From IMG/VR virus record IMGVR_UViG_3300003937_000027: a stretch of DNA of 64,000 bases; one strand, 5' to 3'. The DNA comes from an uncultured virus (IMG/VR IMGVR_UViG_3300003937_000027). Its lineage: Duplodnaviria; Heunggongvirae; Uroviricota; Caudoviricetes. A program made the translations under genes and the position numbers. Below are positions 46,480 to 56,935 of the stretch, piece after piece. The notes under the pieces are model-generated. The model made no database searches and was not told where the DNA came from. It saw nothing but the letters and a program-made list of their open reading frames with translations. Each line of letters starts with the position of its first letter. Position 1 is the first letter of the stretch.

Positions 46480-48483
46480 ATGGCCTTTGCCAATACTACT
46501 GGTCACAAATATAATGATTTCTCCTACAGATATCCTGGTGACTTTCGGACATCTGAAATAATCCTATACAGTTATGGTGGTTCTCAAATTGAAATAGCAG
46601 GACTTACTGGTACTGTAAATATATACCAATCTTTAGATTCAGGATTTCTATCAGGTAACATTCTGTTCTTTGATAGTGTAGGCGCTGTAAATAAATTACC
46701 TATTATTGGTAATGAGTTTTTAGAGTTTAAGTTTAGAACACCTATAGACGCAGGTGGTGATGAAGAACTGGATGCTACAAACCATAGATTTCAGGTCTAT
46801 GAAAAGAAGTCAGTAAAAACAACCCAAAATGTACAGGCTGTTGGCTTGTATTTTACATCAATAGAATCAATCAGAAATGAGCGAACAAGAGTATCCAAAT
46901 CCCTTGCAGGTTCATATGCTGAAATGGTTAATAATATTGTCAAAGAGGACAAACAATTATTGGCTAGTAAGAAGGACTTGTTTATTGATCCAACACTAGG
47001 CAATTACAAATACACATTCCCCAATTGTAGACCAATAGAAGCTGTACGTCATATGGCCTATATGGCAGAACCAGTTAATTTCAAAACACCACATTATATG
47101 TTTTATGAAAACAATAGAGGTTTTCACTTCAGGTGTTTGGAGAGTTTATATAGAGAGAGTGCTAACAACCAAGACAATAGAAAGTTTGTTGCTTATTTTG
47201 ATTTACTATCAGCATTTAATCCTAGTTTCGGACCAAGTGATATTCAAACTGAATCACCAATTGTTAAACCATATTCATTTAAATTTAACGACTCATACAA
47301 TACACTAACAAATACAAGACGTGGTATGTTTGGTAGTGTGATGTATAAGCATAATATGATTGACAAGAAATTTGAAAAAACTAAAATGTCATATACAAGC
47401 TATTATGAACAGGCATTACACATAGACGCACCAGATGGTTCGCCTTCACAAATGAACAAGTACCAAGGTGTTATGCCACCTGGTCCTGCTGATTTTGATG
47501 AAGACATTACAGTTGATGATAAATCAGCTGGTTCAGATAGTCACCACCACGTTGAAGCATTAAAGAAATCAATATTGTCAAAAGCAAATGGTGCTGATCA
47601 ACGTAAATACATGGACGATTATTTTGCTCGTGTATTTGTGGTACCTGAAACAAAGAAGAACCATAATATGAATATAGATGGCGACCACCTTGATCCTAGA
47701 TTGGAACAGAAACAAAACCTATCAGAAGCATTACGAGATTATTTCTCAATGACTATAGATGTACCAGGCAATTTCACATACAACGTGGGTGATTTAGTAT
47801 GGTGTGAAGTGCCATCATTTAATGCTGCTGAGGCGACCAATGATGGTACGATTAAAAGATATGATGTAATAGACCAATTGTTAACAGGTCGTTACCTAAT
47901 CAAATCTCTACACCATCAAATGGACTTCATAGAACGAAAGCACACTACTTCGGTAACTGTAGTTAGGAACATATTTGCGACAGATTTACCAAATGCAGAT
48001 ACCTTTAAGGCACAAGCACATTTCAGAACGAAATCAGTAGATGTAATAGGGTCAGGTATTGATATCTCAACCCTAGTACCTTTAAAGATTAAGAATTTGA
48101 AGATACCATCCCCTCAAATTAAGACGGTAGAAGACATAGCCAAACAATTAGGGGTAGATATCAACAGTACAGACTTAAACATCAAGGATGCCGCTAATAA
48201 GGCGGTTAACAACGTGCTAAACAGTACTTCTAATAGAGTAATACAATTAAAACATCTTGCGAAAATCAACAGTACTATATTAACACGTAAAACTGTAATT
48301 GAGAAAATCGCAGAAAAGGCGAAACTAGCATTAGGGGGTATCAATTTATCAAACGTAAACAACATACCACCATCAATGCGTGGGACAATGAAGGGCAATA
48401 TCAGTAGCTTTGTTCAATCAGCAACGGTGGCATTTAAGCAGAACTTCTCTAAAGCCAAGAGTTTCTTTAAAGGATTCTTCTAA
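46480..48483 (+). CDS. baseplate hub protein (gp27-like)
   Basis: LPIIGNE, FYEN..GFHF..LE.L, VPGN.....GD, L.GRYLI..L.H; lies between gp53 and gp5. Confidence 0.65.
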   Translation: MAFANTTGHKYNDFSYRYPGDFRTSEIILYSYGGSQIEIAGLTGTVNIYQSLDSGFLSGNILFFDSVGAVNKLPIIGNEFLEFKFRTPIDAGGDEELDATNHRFQVYEKKSVKTTQNVQAVGLYFTSIESIRNERTRVSKSLAGSYAEMVNNIVKEDKQLLASKKDLFIDPTLGNYKYTFPNCRPIEAVRHMAYMAEPVNFKTPHYMFYENNRGFHFRCLESLYRESANNQDNRKFVAYFDLLSAFNPSFGPSDIQTESPIVKPYSFKFNDSYNTLTNTRRGMFGSVMYKHNMIDKKFEKTKMSYTSYYEQALHIDAPDGSPSQMNKYQGVMPPGPADFDEDITVDDKSAGSDSHHHVEALKKSILSKANGADQRKYMDDYFARVFVVPETKKNHNMNIDGDHLDPRLEQKQNLSEALRDYFSMTIDVPGNFTYNVGDLVWCEVPSFNAAEATNDGTIKRYDVIDQLLTGRYLIKSLHHQMDFIERKHTTSVTVVRNIFATDLPNADTFKAQAHFRTKSVDVIGSGIDISTLVPLKIKNLKIPSPQIKTVEDIAKQLGVDINSTDLNIKDAANKAVNNVLNSTSNRVIQLKHLAKINSTILTRKTVIEKIAEKAKLALGGINLSNVNNIPPSMRGTMKGNISSFVQSATVAFKQNFSKAKSFFKGFF

Positions 48484-48801
48484 ATGAACAAAACATTGAG
48501 CCAGCTCAAAGTTTACTGCGAGTTTGAAAAAATTTTCCATAAGGGTATGGCCACAAGAGAGGCCACATTAGAGATATGTACAAACAATGTAAGAGAGAAC
48601 TATTTTGAACTATACAAAAGGATCAAAGACAATTTGAAACAAATGAAAGATATAATCACAAATAAATCAATGAAACAAAGAGGATATCAAAGATGGCCTC
48701 AGCGTAGTGCTACGCACGGCGGCGCCTACGCAGCTTCATTAAATACGGATAAATATAATAGCGTGAGTGGTTTAAATACGGCTCTTTATGGGAATTTTTA
48801 A

Positions 48802-49908
48802 ATGATTACAACAGATTTTATGGGACGAGATGGCTTCACTTGGTTCACAGGTGTGGTAGAAGATAGAGCAGACCCGCTTAAACTTGGCCGAGTTAGAGTA
48901 CGCCAGTTAGGTTATCACACGGAAGACAAGGAGGCCTTGCCGACCGCTGACCTACCATGGGCGCATCCCCTATTACCGATTACATCCTCTGGCATCAGCG
49001 GCATTGGCCATACGCCACTTGGCTTGCTTGAAGGCAGCTGGGTGATTGGTTTCTTTAGGGACGCAGATACGAAACAAGACGCAGTAATCATCGGAGCATT
49101 GCCAGGCAAGCCCCTTACAGATGGCGCAACGAACCTGGCCGTGGGCCAGGGCTTCTCGGACCCCAATGGGATTTATCCGAGATACGCTGAGGAGTCAGAC
49201 GTAAATAGATTAGCGCGGAATGACGCAGACACAGAGGAGGCCTCATACCAACACATCACATTGGAGGCCAGAAAGACTTTCAGAGCAGCCTCATATACAA
49301 ACATACCAACAGGTAATATTATCCCAATACAAGCTCCGCCAGTGAATACGCCCCTATCAGAAGGAGACGTATGGTCCTTACCTGCTAATACGTATGCGGC
49401 CGAGTACCCATACAACCACGTATTCGAATCAGAAAGCGGCCACCTATTAGAATTTGACGATACGCCCAATAAGGAGAGAATCCTTTTATATCACCATAGT
49501 GGGACAGAAACAGAAATCACGGCCGCAGGTACCAAGGCCGAAGTCAACAAAGATTCAACATACAATATAACTGAAAAGGACAATAAGGTCTACATTAAGG
49601 GCACCTCCGACATTACAATAGGTGGCCGCCATAAGGTCATTATCAATGCTGATGGTGCGGCCGATAACAATTACGATATACAGATAGGGCCTAATGCTAA
49701 TGTAAACATACAGGTAGATAAAGGGAATGTGAACATAGCCGCTTTGGATGGTAATATGAATTTGTTTGCTAATAACAATTTCAACCTATCGGTAGGGGGT
49801 GTACTGGACATACAAGCAGGCCAGATTAAAGAACATTCACACAGCACCTCTACACGTACAGCTGCTGGGGAGTACCACACGTATGGCTCACCAATTGACC
49901 ATAACTAG
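48802..49908 (+). CDS. gp5: baseplate central spike (OB-fold and short beta-helix; no lysozyme domain)
   Basis: WF.GVVEDR.DP..LGRVRVR..GYH, LPWA, EYPYNHV.ESESGH..EFDDTP..ER. Confidence 0.92.
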   Translation: MITTDFMGRDGFTWFTGVVEDRADPLKLGRVRVRQLGYHTEDKEALPTADLPWAHPLLPITSSGISGIGHTPLGLLEGSWVIGFFRDADTKQDAVIIGALPGKPLTDGATNLAVGQGFSDPNGIYPRYAEESDVNRLARNDADTEEASYQHITLEARKTFRAASYTNIPTGNIIPIQAPPVNTPLSEGDVWSLPANTYAAEYPYNHVFESESGHLLEFDDTPNKERILLYHHSGTETEITAAGTKAEVNKDSTYNITEKDNKVYIKGTSDITIGGRHKVIINADGAADNNYDIQIGPNANVNIQVDKGNVNIAALDGNMNLFANNNFNLSVGGVLDIQAGQIKEHSHSTSTRTAAGEYHTYGSPIDHN

Positions 49909-49974
49909 GACGTGTCACAGGAGCACTATTAGGACTGGCTGGCTTTGTTAATCTATAAAAGTAGTAAGTAACAT

Positions 49975-50163
49975 ATGAATATAACGAAGCAGGCTTTTAT
50001 GGTCCTACATATAGGATTTTTTTTCGTATTAATTTTATTACTATTAAGTTGTGCTAATGTAAAGTTTAATTGTGATATAACTAATATAGAAAGTCCCAAC
50101 ATAGAGGGCGCGGTTGAGGAATGCAGGGATAACCCAACTGCAATGATTACAAAGGAATTCTGA
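49975..50163 (+). CDS. small lipoprotein
   Basis: LLLSC lipobox. Confidence 0.5.
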   Translation: MNITKQAFMVLHIGFFFVLILLLLSCANVKFNCDITNIESPNIEGAVEECRDNPTAMITKEF

Positions 50164-50242
50164 GGATGGCTAATATTATACATAGTGATGTTAGTCCCTC
50201 CAGAGAAGTGCTAGAGCTAGCATTATTACATATAAGGAAGGT

Positions 50243-50584
50243 ATGATTACACTTACGCAAAACGCAATCACGCAATTAACTAACATAGCAAGTAAAGCAA
50301 ATACTCGTTATGTGAGATTAGATATTAAGGGTGGTGGTTGTGCAGGCTACGAATACAAATGGTCTACTACAGATATAAGGGAAGATACAGATTGTTTATT
50401 GGAAGATGTACTTATTGTTTCAATGGAATTAGAAATGTATTTACTAGGGACTTCGTTAGATTGGACAACGGATACGTTTAAGTCGGAGTTTACGATAACT
50501 AATCCTCAAAGCAAATCAGGATGTGGCTGTGGTGAATCGTTTAGTTTAAGGGAAGATATAGGAGATGGAGGTAATTACTCCTAA
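50243..50584 (+). CDS. iscA: A-type Fe-S carrier (HesB/IscA/SufA family)
   Basis: GGGCAGYEY, NP.....CGCGESF. Confidence 0.92.
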   Translation: MITLTQNAITQLTNIASKANTRYVRLDIKGGGCAGYEYKWSTTDIREDTDCLLEDVLIVSMELEMYLLGTSLDWTTDTFKSEFTITNPQSKSGCGCGESFSLREDIGDGGNYS

Positions 50585-50734
50585 AAAATTTTCGCATATC
50601 TTCGAGTCTATTTAAAGTGTAACTGTGCGGCCTTTTTCAATAAATAGTAATATGTTAAAACTGTTTATTATCTTTTGGTTATTAATGATATTGATTGCTG
50701 TGGGTATGGGATATTACCATGGACATATAATAAT

Positions 50735-51601
50735 ATGATTCATAAGACAACCACACCTGTATTGATATCTATGCCACGTAGTGGTTCTCATTACGTAGGT
50801 TCCTTTTTAAGAGAAACATACAAAGGACGTGGGGTAACATTCCCTGGTGGTAGTGAATTATTTTCACCTGACTTTGTTACTAGAACCACCGATGTGATAG
50901 AGTTGTTTGAATTTATACGTAATAAAAGCAAGATGGATATCTTCACCGTATTTCATTCTGACCATTTATCTAATAACATAAACATACCAGCAAGGCCAAA
51001 GTATGAAACCTTGTTTGATTGGTTTAAAGAATTTTATGATGGTTATCAAATATGCTTATTACGTAGAAAGAATTTATGGAAGACCTATATCAGTTGGTTG
51101 TTTCATCATTCTATAAAGACTGCTTTTCTAAAAGGTACCGAGAGTTTTTCAGCAAGGGATTATGAAACCTTGGATGATGTCCACCCTTGGCATAACATAC
51201 GAGGTAGTCAAAACAATGAAATCGTAAAATCAACAATACAACAAATATCACCAAAGTTTGTGCATAGAGAAAAGCTGTGGCAAAATTTTTTACGTGAGTT
51301 GCGTTATTTTGAGGAAGAAATTATTACCTATTATGTTAAAGGTAAATACAATCATTTAAATGTACGTAGTTGGTGGTTAGAGGATTTAGATGATGAGAAG
51401 CTTTCAGAATGGTATGTACCAGAAGAAAGACGTTTTACAAAGGCAGGTGGTATAAACACTTTTGTTATGGAAGAACCAATAATTCCTTTTGATATTAAGT
51501 ATGAAACCTACTTTAAGAAAAGTGAGTTAGAAAAAATTAAAGAAAAATTAGATAAAGTAGTAGATACTGAATTTAAGCATTATGGGTACGTGGTAAATTA
51601 A
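50735..51601 (+). CDS. sulfotransferase-like (P-loop fold) protein
   Basis: ISMPRSGSHY 5'-PSB-like motif; LLRR.N....YIS 3'-PB-like motif. Confidence 0.6.
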   Translation: MIHKTTTPVLISMPRSGSHYVGSFLRETYKGRGVTFPGGSELFSPDFVTRTTDVIELFEFIRNKSKMDIFTVFHSDHLSNNINIPARPKYETLFDWFKEFYDGYQICLLRRKNLWKTYISWLFHHSIKTAFLKGTESFSARDYETLDDVHPWHNIRGSQNNEIVKSTIQQISPKFVHREKLWQNFLRELRYFEEEIITYYVKGKYNHLNVRSWWLEDLDDEKLSEWYVPEERRFTKAGGINTFVMEEPIIPFDIKYETYFKKSELEKIKEKLDKVVDTEFKHYGYVVN

Positions 51602-52430
51602 ACGCCCACGCTTTTTCATAACACCAGAAACATTGCCAACACCAAGCATTAAAATCTCTTGTTTGTCTAGCAGAACCTACACAAGACCGAGTTATAGGAA
51701 ATAAGTCTTTCATTAGACCTTCTTCTCTAAAGACACCAGCAACAAATTTCTTATTAACATTTAACCAAGGTTGATATACATTATATCTTAATTCTGGTTT
51801 GTCATTTACATCACGTCTTGCTTCCCCTTGTACTCTATCAATATCTGTTGCTGTATAATTGTTTGATGGAAATCTAGCTTTCACAGCGTCACCAAATGCC
51901 ATACGAACAGCCTTCGGTGGGTTCTTACTCATACCGTCAAGTCTAATAGGTCGGTCAATTGTTTTCATAAAGTTTGGTATTAATTTATCCAGTTGCATTA
52001 CCTTTGCTACCTGTACTACAGACATTGTGCTGTATGCGTCATCTGAAGCTATAAGTTCTTTTGCTTTAGGCCAGTAACCACCAACCTCTCTATCATTAAA
52101 ATCACCTATGGTAATATCATTTAACTTACCATCTGGAAATCTCATTTGGAGATATTCTACTATTGCTGTAGCTGCTACAGCGTCTTTCGGTGCGTTTACA
52201 TCATTACAACAATACGGATATATTTCTATTTGTGGAAAGTGTTTTAATGTTAGATAAGTTGCAGCCGCTGAATCACAACCACCTGATAGTGATACAACAA
52301 CCCTTTTAGGTATAAACTTTTCATCAAAGTCTATATCTTTTAAACAATTTTCTTTGTAAGGTGATTTTTCTACCAATGATTTTATTTTTGTATAAAACTC
52401 TACTGTTTGATTACCATATGTTATGTGCAT
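51573..52430 (-). CDS. QueC-like PP-loop ATPase
   Basis: VSLSGGCDSA; TRSC...CWQCFWCYEK zinc site. Confidence 0.7.
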   Translation of the reverse strand: MHITYGNQTVEFYTKIKSLVEKSPYKENCLKDIDFDEKFIPKRVVVSLSGGCDSAAATYLTLKHFPQIEIYPYCCNDVNAPKDAVAATAIVEYLQMRFPDGKLNDITIGDFNDREVGGYWPKAKELIASDDAYSTMSVVQVAKVMQLDKLIPNFMKTIDRPIRLDGMSKNPPKAVRMAFGDAVKARFPSNNYTATDIDRVQGEARRDVNDKPELRYNVYQPWLNVNKKFVAGVFREEGLMKDLFPITRSCVGSARQTRDFNAWCWQCFWCYEKAWAFNLPRTHNA

Positions 52431-52431
52431 A

Positions 52432-53202
52432 TTATTTAAATACTCCTTGTCTTACTTTTCTCCAACGCTCTAGTTCTGGCGTTACATTAAAGTATTCCTC
52501 ATTTTTTATTTTTTTAACTATATTTTTTTCACTAGGTTTAGGAAAGTTCTCATATTGCTTTTGTACATTTTTTCTTAATGTTCTGGACTTTGGATCAAAA
52601 CCTCTATTTGTTTTAACCAGTAATAAGGTCATACCTTCCTTTTGTGCAATTTCTTTTGCTTGTTCTATTTCGTGTTCGTTGTAACCGAATATAATATATT
52701 GCCATACAATAGCGTGTCCCATTTGTACACCTAGTTGCATTGATTCCCATACTTGTTTAAAGTTTGAACCAATACGATAGATTTCGCTTTTAACATCTAA
52801 GCCATCTACACCAAAGTACCAAGAATTTTCTCCTAATCCATAACTGTATGCTTTTTCCCACCACTTCATATCCATACTACCGTCTTTTGTATTTGTACCA
52901 TTGGTTGCAATTCTCAACCCTTTACCTAAACCGTCCATCATTTCTAAAAATGCTAGAAAATCAGGATGATATATTGGGTCTGATATTTGGCCACAAAAGG
53001 TTATTTGATTTTCGTAATAGTTCAATATTTTTCTAAACTCGTTTTTACCTATATCAAATGATCTTTTTATTCTTGGAAGGCCTTCTACTTTTTGACGGAG
53101 ACATTGTGGACAACGCAATATACATCTATGCGATAAATCCATATTCGGTGATGAAAGTTTTTGATTTCTTATATAGAAGTCTGTTAGTTTTTCTTGTATC
53201 AT
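52432..53202 (-). CDS. radical SAM protein
   Basis: CILRCPQC, FCGQ..DP..HP, TNG, F..DG, W..I.F.YNEH.I. Confidence 0.88.
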   Translation of the reverse strand: MIQEKLTDFYIRNQKLSSPNMDLSHRCILRCPQCLRQKVEGLPRIKRSFDIGKNEFRKILNYYENQITFCGQISDPIYHPDFLAFLEMMDGLGKGLRIATNGTNTKDGSMDMKWWEKAYSYGLGENSWYFGVDGLDVKSEIYRIGSNFKQVWESMQLGVQMGHAIVWQYIIFGYNEHEIEQAKEIAQKEGMTLLLVKTNRGFDPKSRTLRKNVQKQYENFPKPSEKNIVKKIKNEEYFNVTPELERWRKVRQGVFK

Positions 53203-53522
53203 TTTTTATAAGTATCTTTTTCTCTATTGCCACATTTATATTGGCATTGTTTCAAAGCACAACTAGGATTATTTATTAGAGCGTCAAAGAAGTTTTCCCA
53301 TTCTTTAGAACCATATATGTCTTCTAACTTCTCTACATTTTTTAAAGCAAGGTGTTCATCTTTCAAATGGAATACTTCTTCTACACCGTGGTCGTTTTTA
53401 GGGTCATCTAACCAACAACAAGGTAACATAAAACCGTCTGCTGTATATGCAGCTGGTTTATGATAACTTTTAGGTTGATAAGTCAAACATCTAGGTTTGA
53501 TTTTTATATCTTTTGCTTCCAT
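53199..53522 (-). CDS. stand-alone SPASM/twitch-like Fe-S domain protein (copy A)
   Basis: PRC...ADGFMLPCCWL...C...C. Confidence 0.75.
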   Translation of the reverse strand: MEAKDIKIKPRCLTYQPKSYHKPAAYTADGFMLPCCWLDDPKNDHGVEEVFHLKDEHLALKNVEKLEDIYGSKEWENFFDALINNPSCALKQCQYKCGNREKDTYKK

Positions 53523-53827
53523 TTCACATTACCACATTTATATTGACAATAATTCATAGCCTTACTAGGTCTATTTATTATAGTATCAAAAAATGCTTCC
53601 CATTCTTTAGAACCATATATTTCTTCTAACTTGTTAACGTTCTTTACTGCAAGATGATTATCTTTTAAGTGCCATACTTTTTCTACATCATCATCCACTT
53701 CAGGCTGATCTAACCAGCAACAAGGCAACATAAAACCATCTGCTGTATATGCAGCTGGTGTATGATATTCATTCTCCATTGGAAAAGTCAAACATCTAGG
53801 TTTTATCTTTATGTCTTTTTCGTCCAT
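53504..53827 (-). CDS. stand-alone SPASM/twitch-like Fe-S domain protein (copy B)
   Basis: Same length (107 aa) and motifs as copy A. Confidence 0.75.
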   Translation of the reverse strand: MDEKDIKIKPRCLTFPMENEYHTPAAYTADGFMLPCCWLDQPEVDDDVEKVWHLKDNHLAVKNVNKLEEIYGSKEWEAFFDTIINRPSKAMNYCQYKCGNVKWKQKI

Positions 53828-53833
53828 AGTATA

Positions 53834-53862
53834 ATTATATCACTTAATCTTACTATTGTCAA
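53834..53862 (-). promoter_or_regulatory. sigma70 promoter TTGACA-17-TATAAT driving the SPASM-radical SAM-QueC operon
   Basis: Exact consensus on the minus strand; ATG 6 nt after the -10. Confidence 0.8.
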
Positions 53863-54719
53863 GCCTTGCCATTTCCTGAACCATTGGCCATTTTCTTTTT
53901 GAATACTTCCCAATCTTGTTCATATCTTTCGTCATTTACCCATACATCAATTTTTTCAAAGTTATACCAATACTTCTTTATTATATCTTCATCTATCATT
54001 GATGGAAAAACCCAGTTTTCATCTGGTAGTCCTTTTTTAGCTTCCTTGACTTTTATATCTCTATTATATACATACGGATGTACTTTACGTTCCAAATTTT
54101 CATTTGGGTAACCAACACCCACAAGTAATCTAGGCTCTGTTAAACAACTCAATAGATTTTCTATAGAGTCTGGATTATTAGCACCTTTCTCAAAGGCACT
54201 ACAGAAACCTGTTTTGTAACCAAGTAAGGCTGCTGACATAGTTAATTGGCCAGACGATATCCCTATTGACATTGCTTTTTGTTCAAACAAAGTTTCTTTT
54301 GCTATTGGCGAAGCTTTGTCTGATCTAGCAGCTATTATATGTGTACCACCTCTTAAATTTTTCTGGTCATCACAAAACACAAAAACAGCGCTAGCACGTA
54401 TTTGTGAATTTTCAACAGCATATCTTTTATCTGACTTGTGAAGGTTGTCCTTCGCCTTATCAGTAAAAATTTTATCTGTTTCTTTGTTTGTTTGAAAAGT
54501 AAAATTTTTTGATCTATCATAAATTTCTTTTATGACAACAGGATCAGTATATACTCTTAAATTAAAATGTGTTTCATTTTGTTTTGATGGAGAATTTGAA
54601 GCAACATAAATTAGAGTTTCTAAATCCTTTTGTGGTATGGATTTAGTCAAGTCATAGTTTCGCTGTGCTCTTTTCGCCACATCAATTGCATTAATTATTT
54701 CATTATTTGTATTATTCAT
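53859..54719 (-). CDS. nitroreductase-family flavoprotein
   Basis: R.QRNYD....IP...L..L......SPSKQN, GI..G.....A..LGY.TG.C, VGVGYP. Confidence 0.8.
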   Translation of the reverse strand: MNNTNNEIINAIDVAKRAQRNYDLTKSIPQKDLETLIYVASNSPSKQNETHFNLRVYTDPVVIKEIYDRSKNFTFQTNKETDKIFTDKAKDNLHKSDKRYAVENSQIRASAVFVFCDDQKNLRGGTHIIAARSDKASPIAKETLFEQKAMSIGISSGQLTMSAALLGYKTGFCSAFEKGANNPDSIENLLSCLTEPRLLVGVGYPNENLERKVHPYVYNRDIKVKEAKKGLPDENWVFPSMIDEDIIKKYWYNFEKIDVWVNDERYEQDWEVFKKKMANGSGNGKA

Positions 54720-54816
54720 TTTGTCTCCTTTTAATTATTTATTATAAATATAAGTGAGTATATAATCTTATATTTAAATCCCGAACATTGCTAGAAATCA
54801 AACGAAGGACTTATAT

Positions 54817-55074
54817 ATGGCAGTAAAGCCTAAAAAGATTACTATGTCTTCCTTAAAGAGGAAAGCTCCAAAAGTGCCTGGCTTGACGTGTATTAATATT
54901 GATAACGTTATAGGGCAATTGGAGAAGTTAGTTGAACATAAGAAGAAATTAGATAAAAGACAATTAAAGTCTTTAGTGAAAAGATTAGAAAGATTACGAA
55001 GCACCAATGAATCATTAAGAGATAGTGGTATCTATTGGTATGAAAAACTTAAACACTTATTAAAAACGAGGTAG
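54817..55074 (+). CDS. basic hypothetical protein
   Basis: AAGGA RBS, late promoter at 54743; APKVP..TC..ID motif. Confidence 0.6.
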   Translation: MAVKPKKITMSSLKRKAPKVPGLTCINIDNVIGQLEKLVEHKKKLDKRQLKSLVKRLERLRSTNESLRDSGIYWYEKLKHLLKTR

Positions 55075-55270
55075 ATTTATGAATTACTACTTTACAGGTA
55101 TTTTGATATTAATGTTTATAGCACTAACATTGCTAGTGAGCCCTAATTGGCCGATATCTTAATTGATTAACGTTTAGTTAAAAAGAAAAAAGAACAGAAT
55201 ATAGCACCTAATACAATTACTCTCAACTCTATTGGTGAATTCCAGAATATGTCAAATATTTCTATCATTA

Positions 55271-56590
55271 TTAAAATTTGTTGTGGACTAATTTCATCCA
55301 GTTATAGTTTCTATGAATGGCCAGTACCGAAGTGATCTTATTATTTTCAAAATCAATAACAATGTTTTGACCACCGAAGCCGTCCATAATTAATATAGGT
55401 TTATTTCTTTTACCAGACATACCTACATAAAATTGTCCAGCATACGAGTTTGAATTAGACATACCCTTTGTAGTATCGTTTACTCTAAAACCTTTATCTA
55501 TTTTATTTTCATATAAAGATTTTAAATATTGTCCTTCGCAAGTATTATTATTCCAATCATTTAACATTGCAACAGCAATTCTTAAATAATCATATCTTGT
55601 TATGTGCATTCCATAAGTTACTGTGGGTTGTTTTCTTTTTGCACCACGTTGTTTATAAAATACCATATCATATTCAATTCCCACTTTATCAACAAAAATT
55701 TCATTTAACATTTTTTTAAATTCTTTATCACCCATTTTATATAATATATAACTAGCAATTATGTTTGTATTCATATTTGAATACCAATATTTTTTATTTT
55801 CTGACGCCGTTGAGTTTTTTAATTCTTTACTTAATAGACTTTGAACGGAGTGACCGTTAACCCATCTTTTTGAGTTTCTAAAACTTGTATTATCAAAATA
55901 CTTTTGGTCACCAGCAGCCATATTTAAAAGATTGATTAATGGTTGTCCTTCGTATAATGTATTTTCTAAAATATCCCAATTTAATGGTTGATGTATACCA
56001 TCAACGTATCCTCTACAAACAGCGTGGCCTGTTATGTATGAGAATATAGATTTACCAACCGAGTTGGAAACGTATCTAGTTTTATTTTTAAAAATTTTAC
56101 CAAATCTATCTTTAGGAGTAATTTCATCTATCACAACCGCACCATTAACATACATTAAATAACTTAATAGTGCTGTTTCATTTAATTGTTCAATTACAAA
56201 ATCGTCCGTTTTAAGATTAAACTTAAATTCTTTTATTTTATTCTTTTTCTTTTTTATTTTAAAGAAAACACGATTCATCTCATTAGGATTACCATAACTA
56301 ATATATTTTTTTAAATAATGTTTTAAGATTTTATTATCTGGAGTTGCATCCTGTGGAATCTCACCTGAATTATAAGGATAACCTTTCGTAGGAGTATTTC
56401 TATCATCAATTGTTTTAACTTTAGGTTCTTCTTTATCACCACCACACTCATTATAATACCAGAGCATGGAATATTGTTTTTCTGTATTACAATCAAACGC
56501 ATTCGCTCTCGGTACATAACATAGGAATAAACCTATTGTTATAAGTCCCAAAAGTAGATTTATTTTAATTATCGTCCAAATTATTCTCAT
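55271..56590 (-). CDS. exported serine hydrolase, beta-lactamase/PBP-like family
   Basis: SVGK (SxxK), LLNM.AG, YSN, DGFGGQ; N-terminal signal. Confidence 0.85.
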   Translation of the reverse strand: MRIIWTIIKINLLLGLITIGLFLCYVPRANAFDCNTEKQYSMLWYYNECGGDKEEPKVKTIDDRNTPTKGYPYNSGEIPQDATPDNKILKHYLKKYISYGNPNEMNRVFFKIKKKKNKIKEFKFNLKTDDFVIEQLNETALLSYLMYVNGAVVIDEITPKDRFGKIFKNKTRYVSNSVGKSIFSYITGHAVCRGYVDGIHQPLNWDILENTLYEGQPLINLLNMAAGDQKYFDNTSFRNSKRWVNGHSVQSLLSKELKNSTASENKKYWYSNMNTNIIASYILYKMGDKEFKKMLNEIFVDKVGIEYDMVFYKQRGAKRKQPTVTYGMHITRYDYLRIAVAMLNDWNNNTCEGQYLKSLYENKIDKGFRVNDTTKGMSNSNSYAGQFYVGMSGKRNKPILIMDGFGGQNIVIDFENNKITSVLAIHRNYNWMKLVHNKF

Positions 56591-56593
56591 ATA

Positions 56594-56935
56594 TTATCTT
56601 TTATAAATTGCAAATGATGTAGCGTGTTGTTTTATACAATGTGATTGGTCTCTATTGTAGATACCTGGGATACTAGGACCCCTATATTTAATTCTCCAAC
56701 TACCGTTCAATTTACCAAAGGCATAATACAACCCTAATAGATACATAGGTATATTTTTTGCAATTGATTCTTCATTGTCGGGACTTCTATAAGTTCTTAA
56801 AAAAGCGTCAAAGTTATTACTCATATTTTTAAGAGAAATTCCCTTTATAAAATTTGGGAAAGGTTGTTCGTTTGGAATATTGAAAACAACACCATTTTTC
56901 ATAAAAGTGTTATTGTTTAATTTTAAAGTACTCAT
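56594..56935 (-). CDS. hypothetical early protein
   Basis: RIKYRGPS...C....A..FAIY motif. Confidence 0.55.
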   Translation of the reverse strand: MSTLKLNNNTFMKNGVVFNIPNEQPFPNFIKGISLKNMSNNFDAFLRTYRSPDNEESIAKNIPMYLLGLYYAFGKLNGSWRIKYRGPSIPGIYNRDQSHCIKQHATSFAIYKR

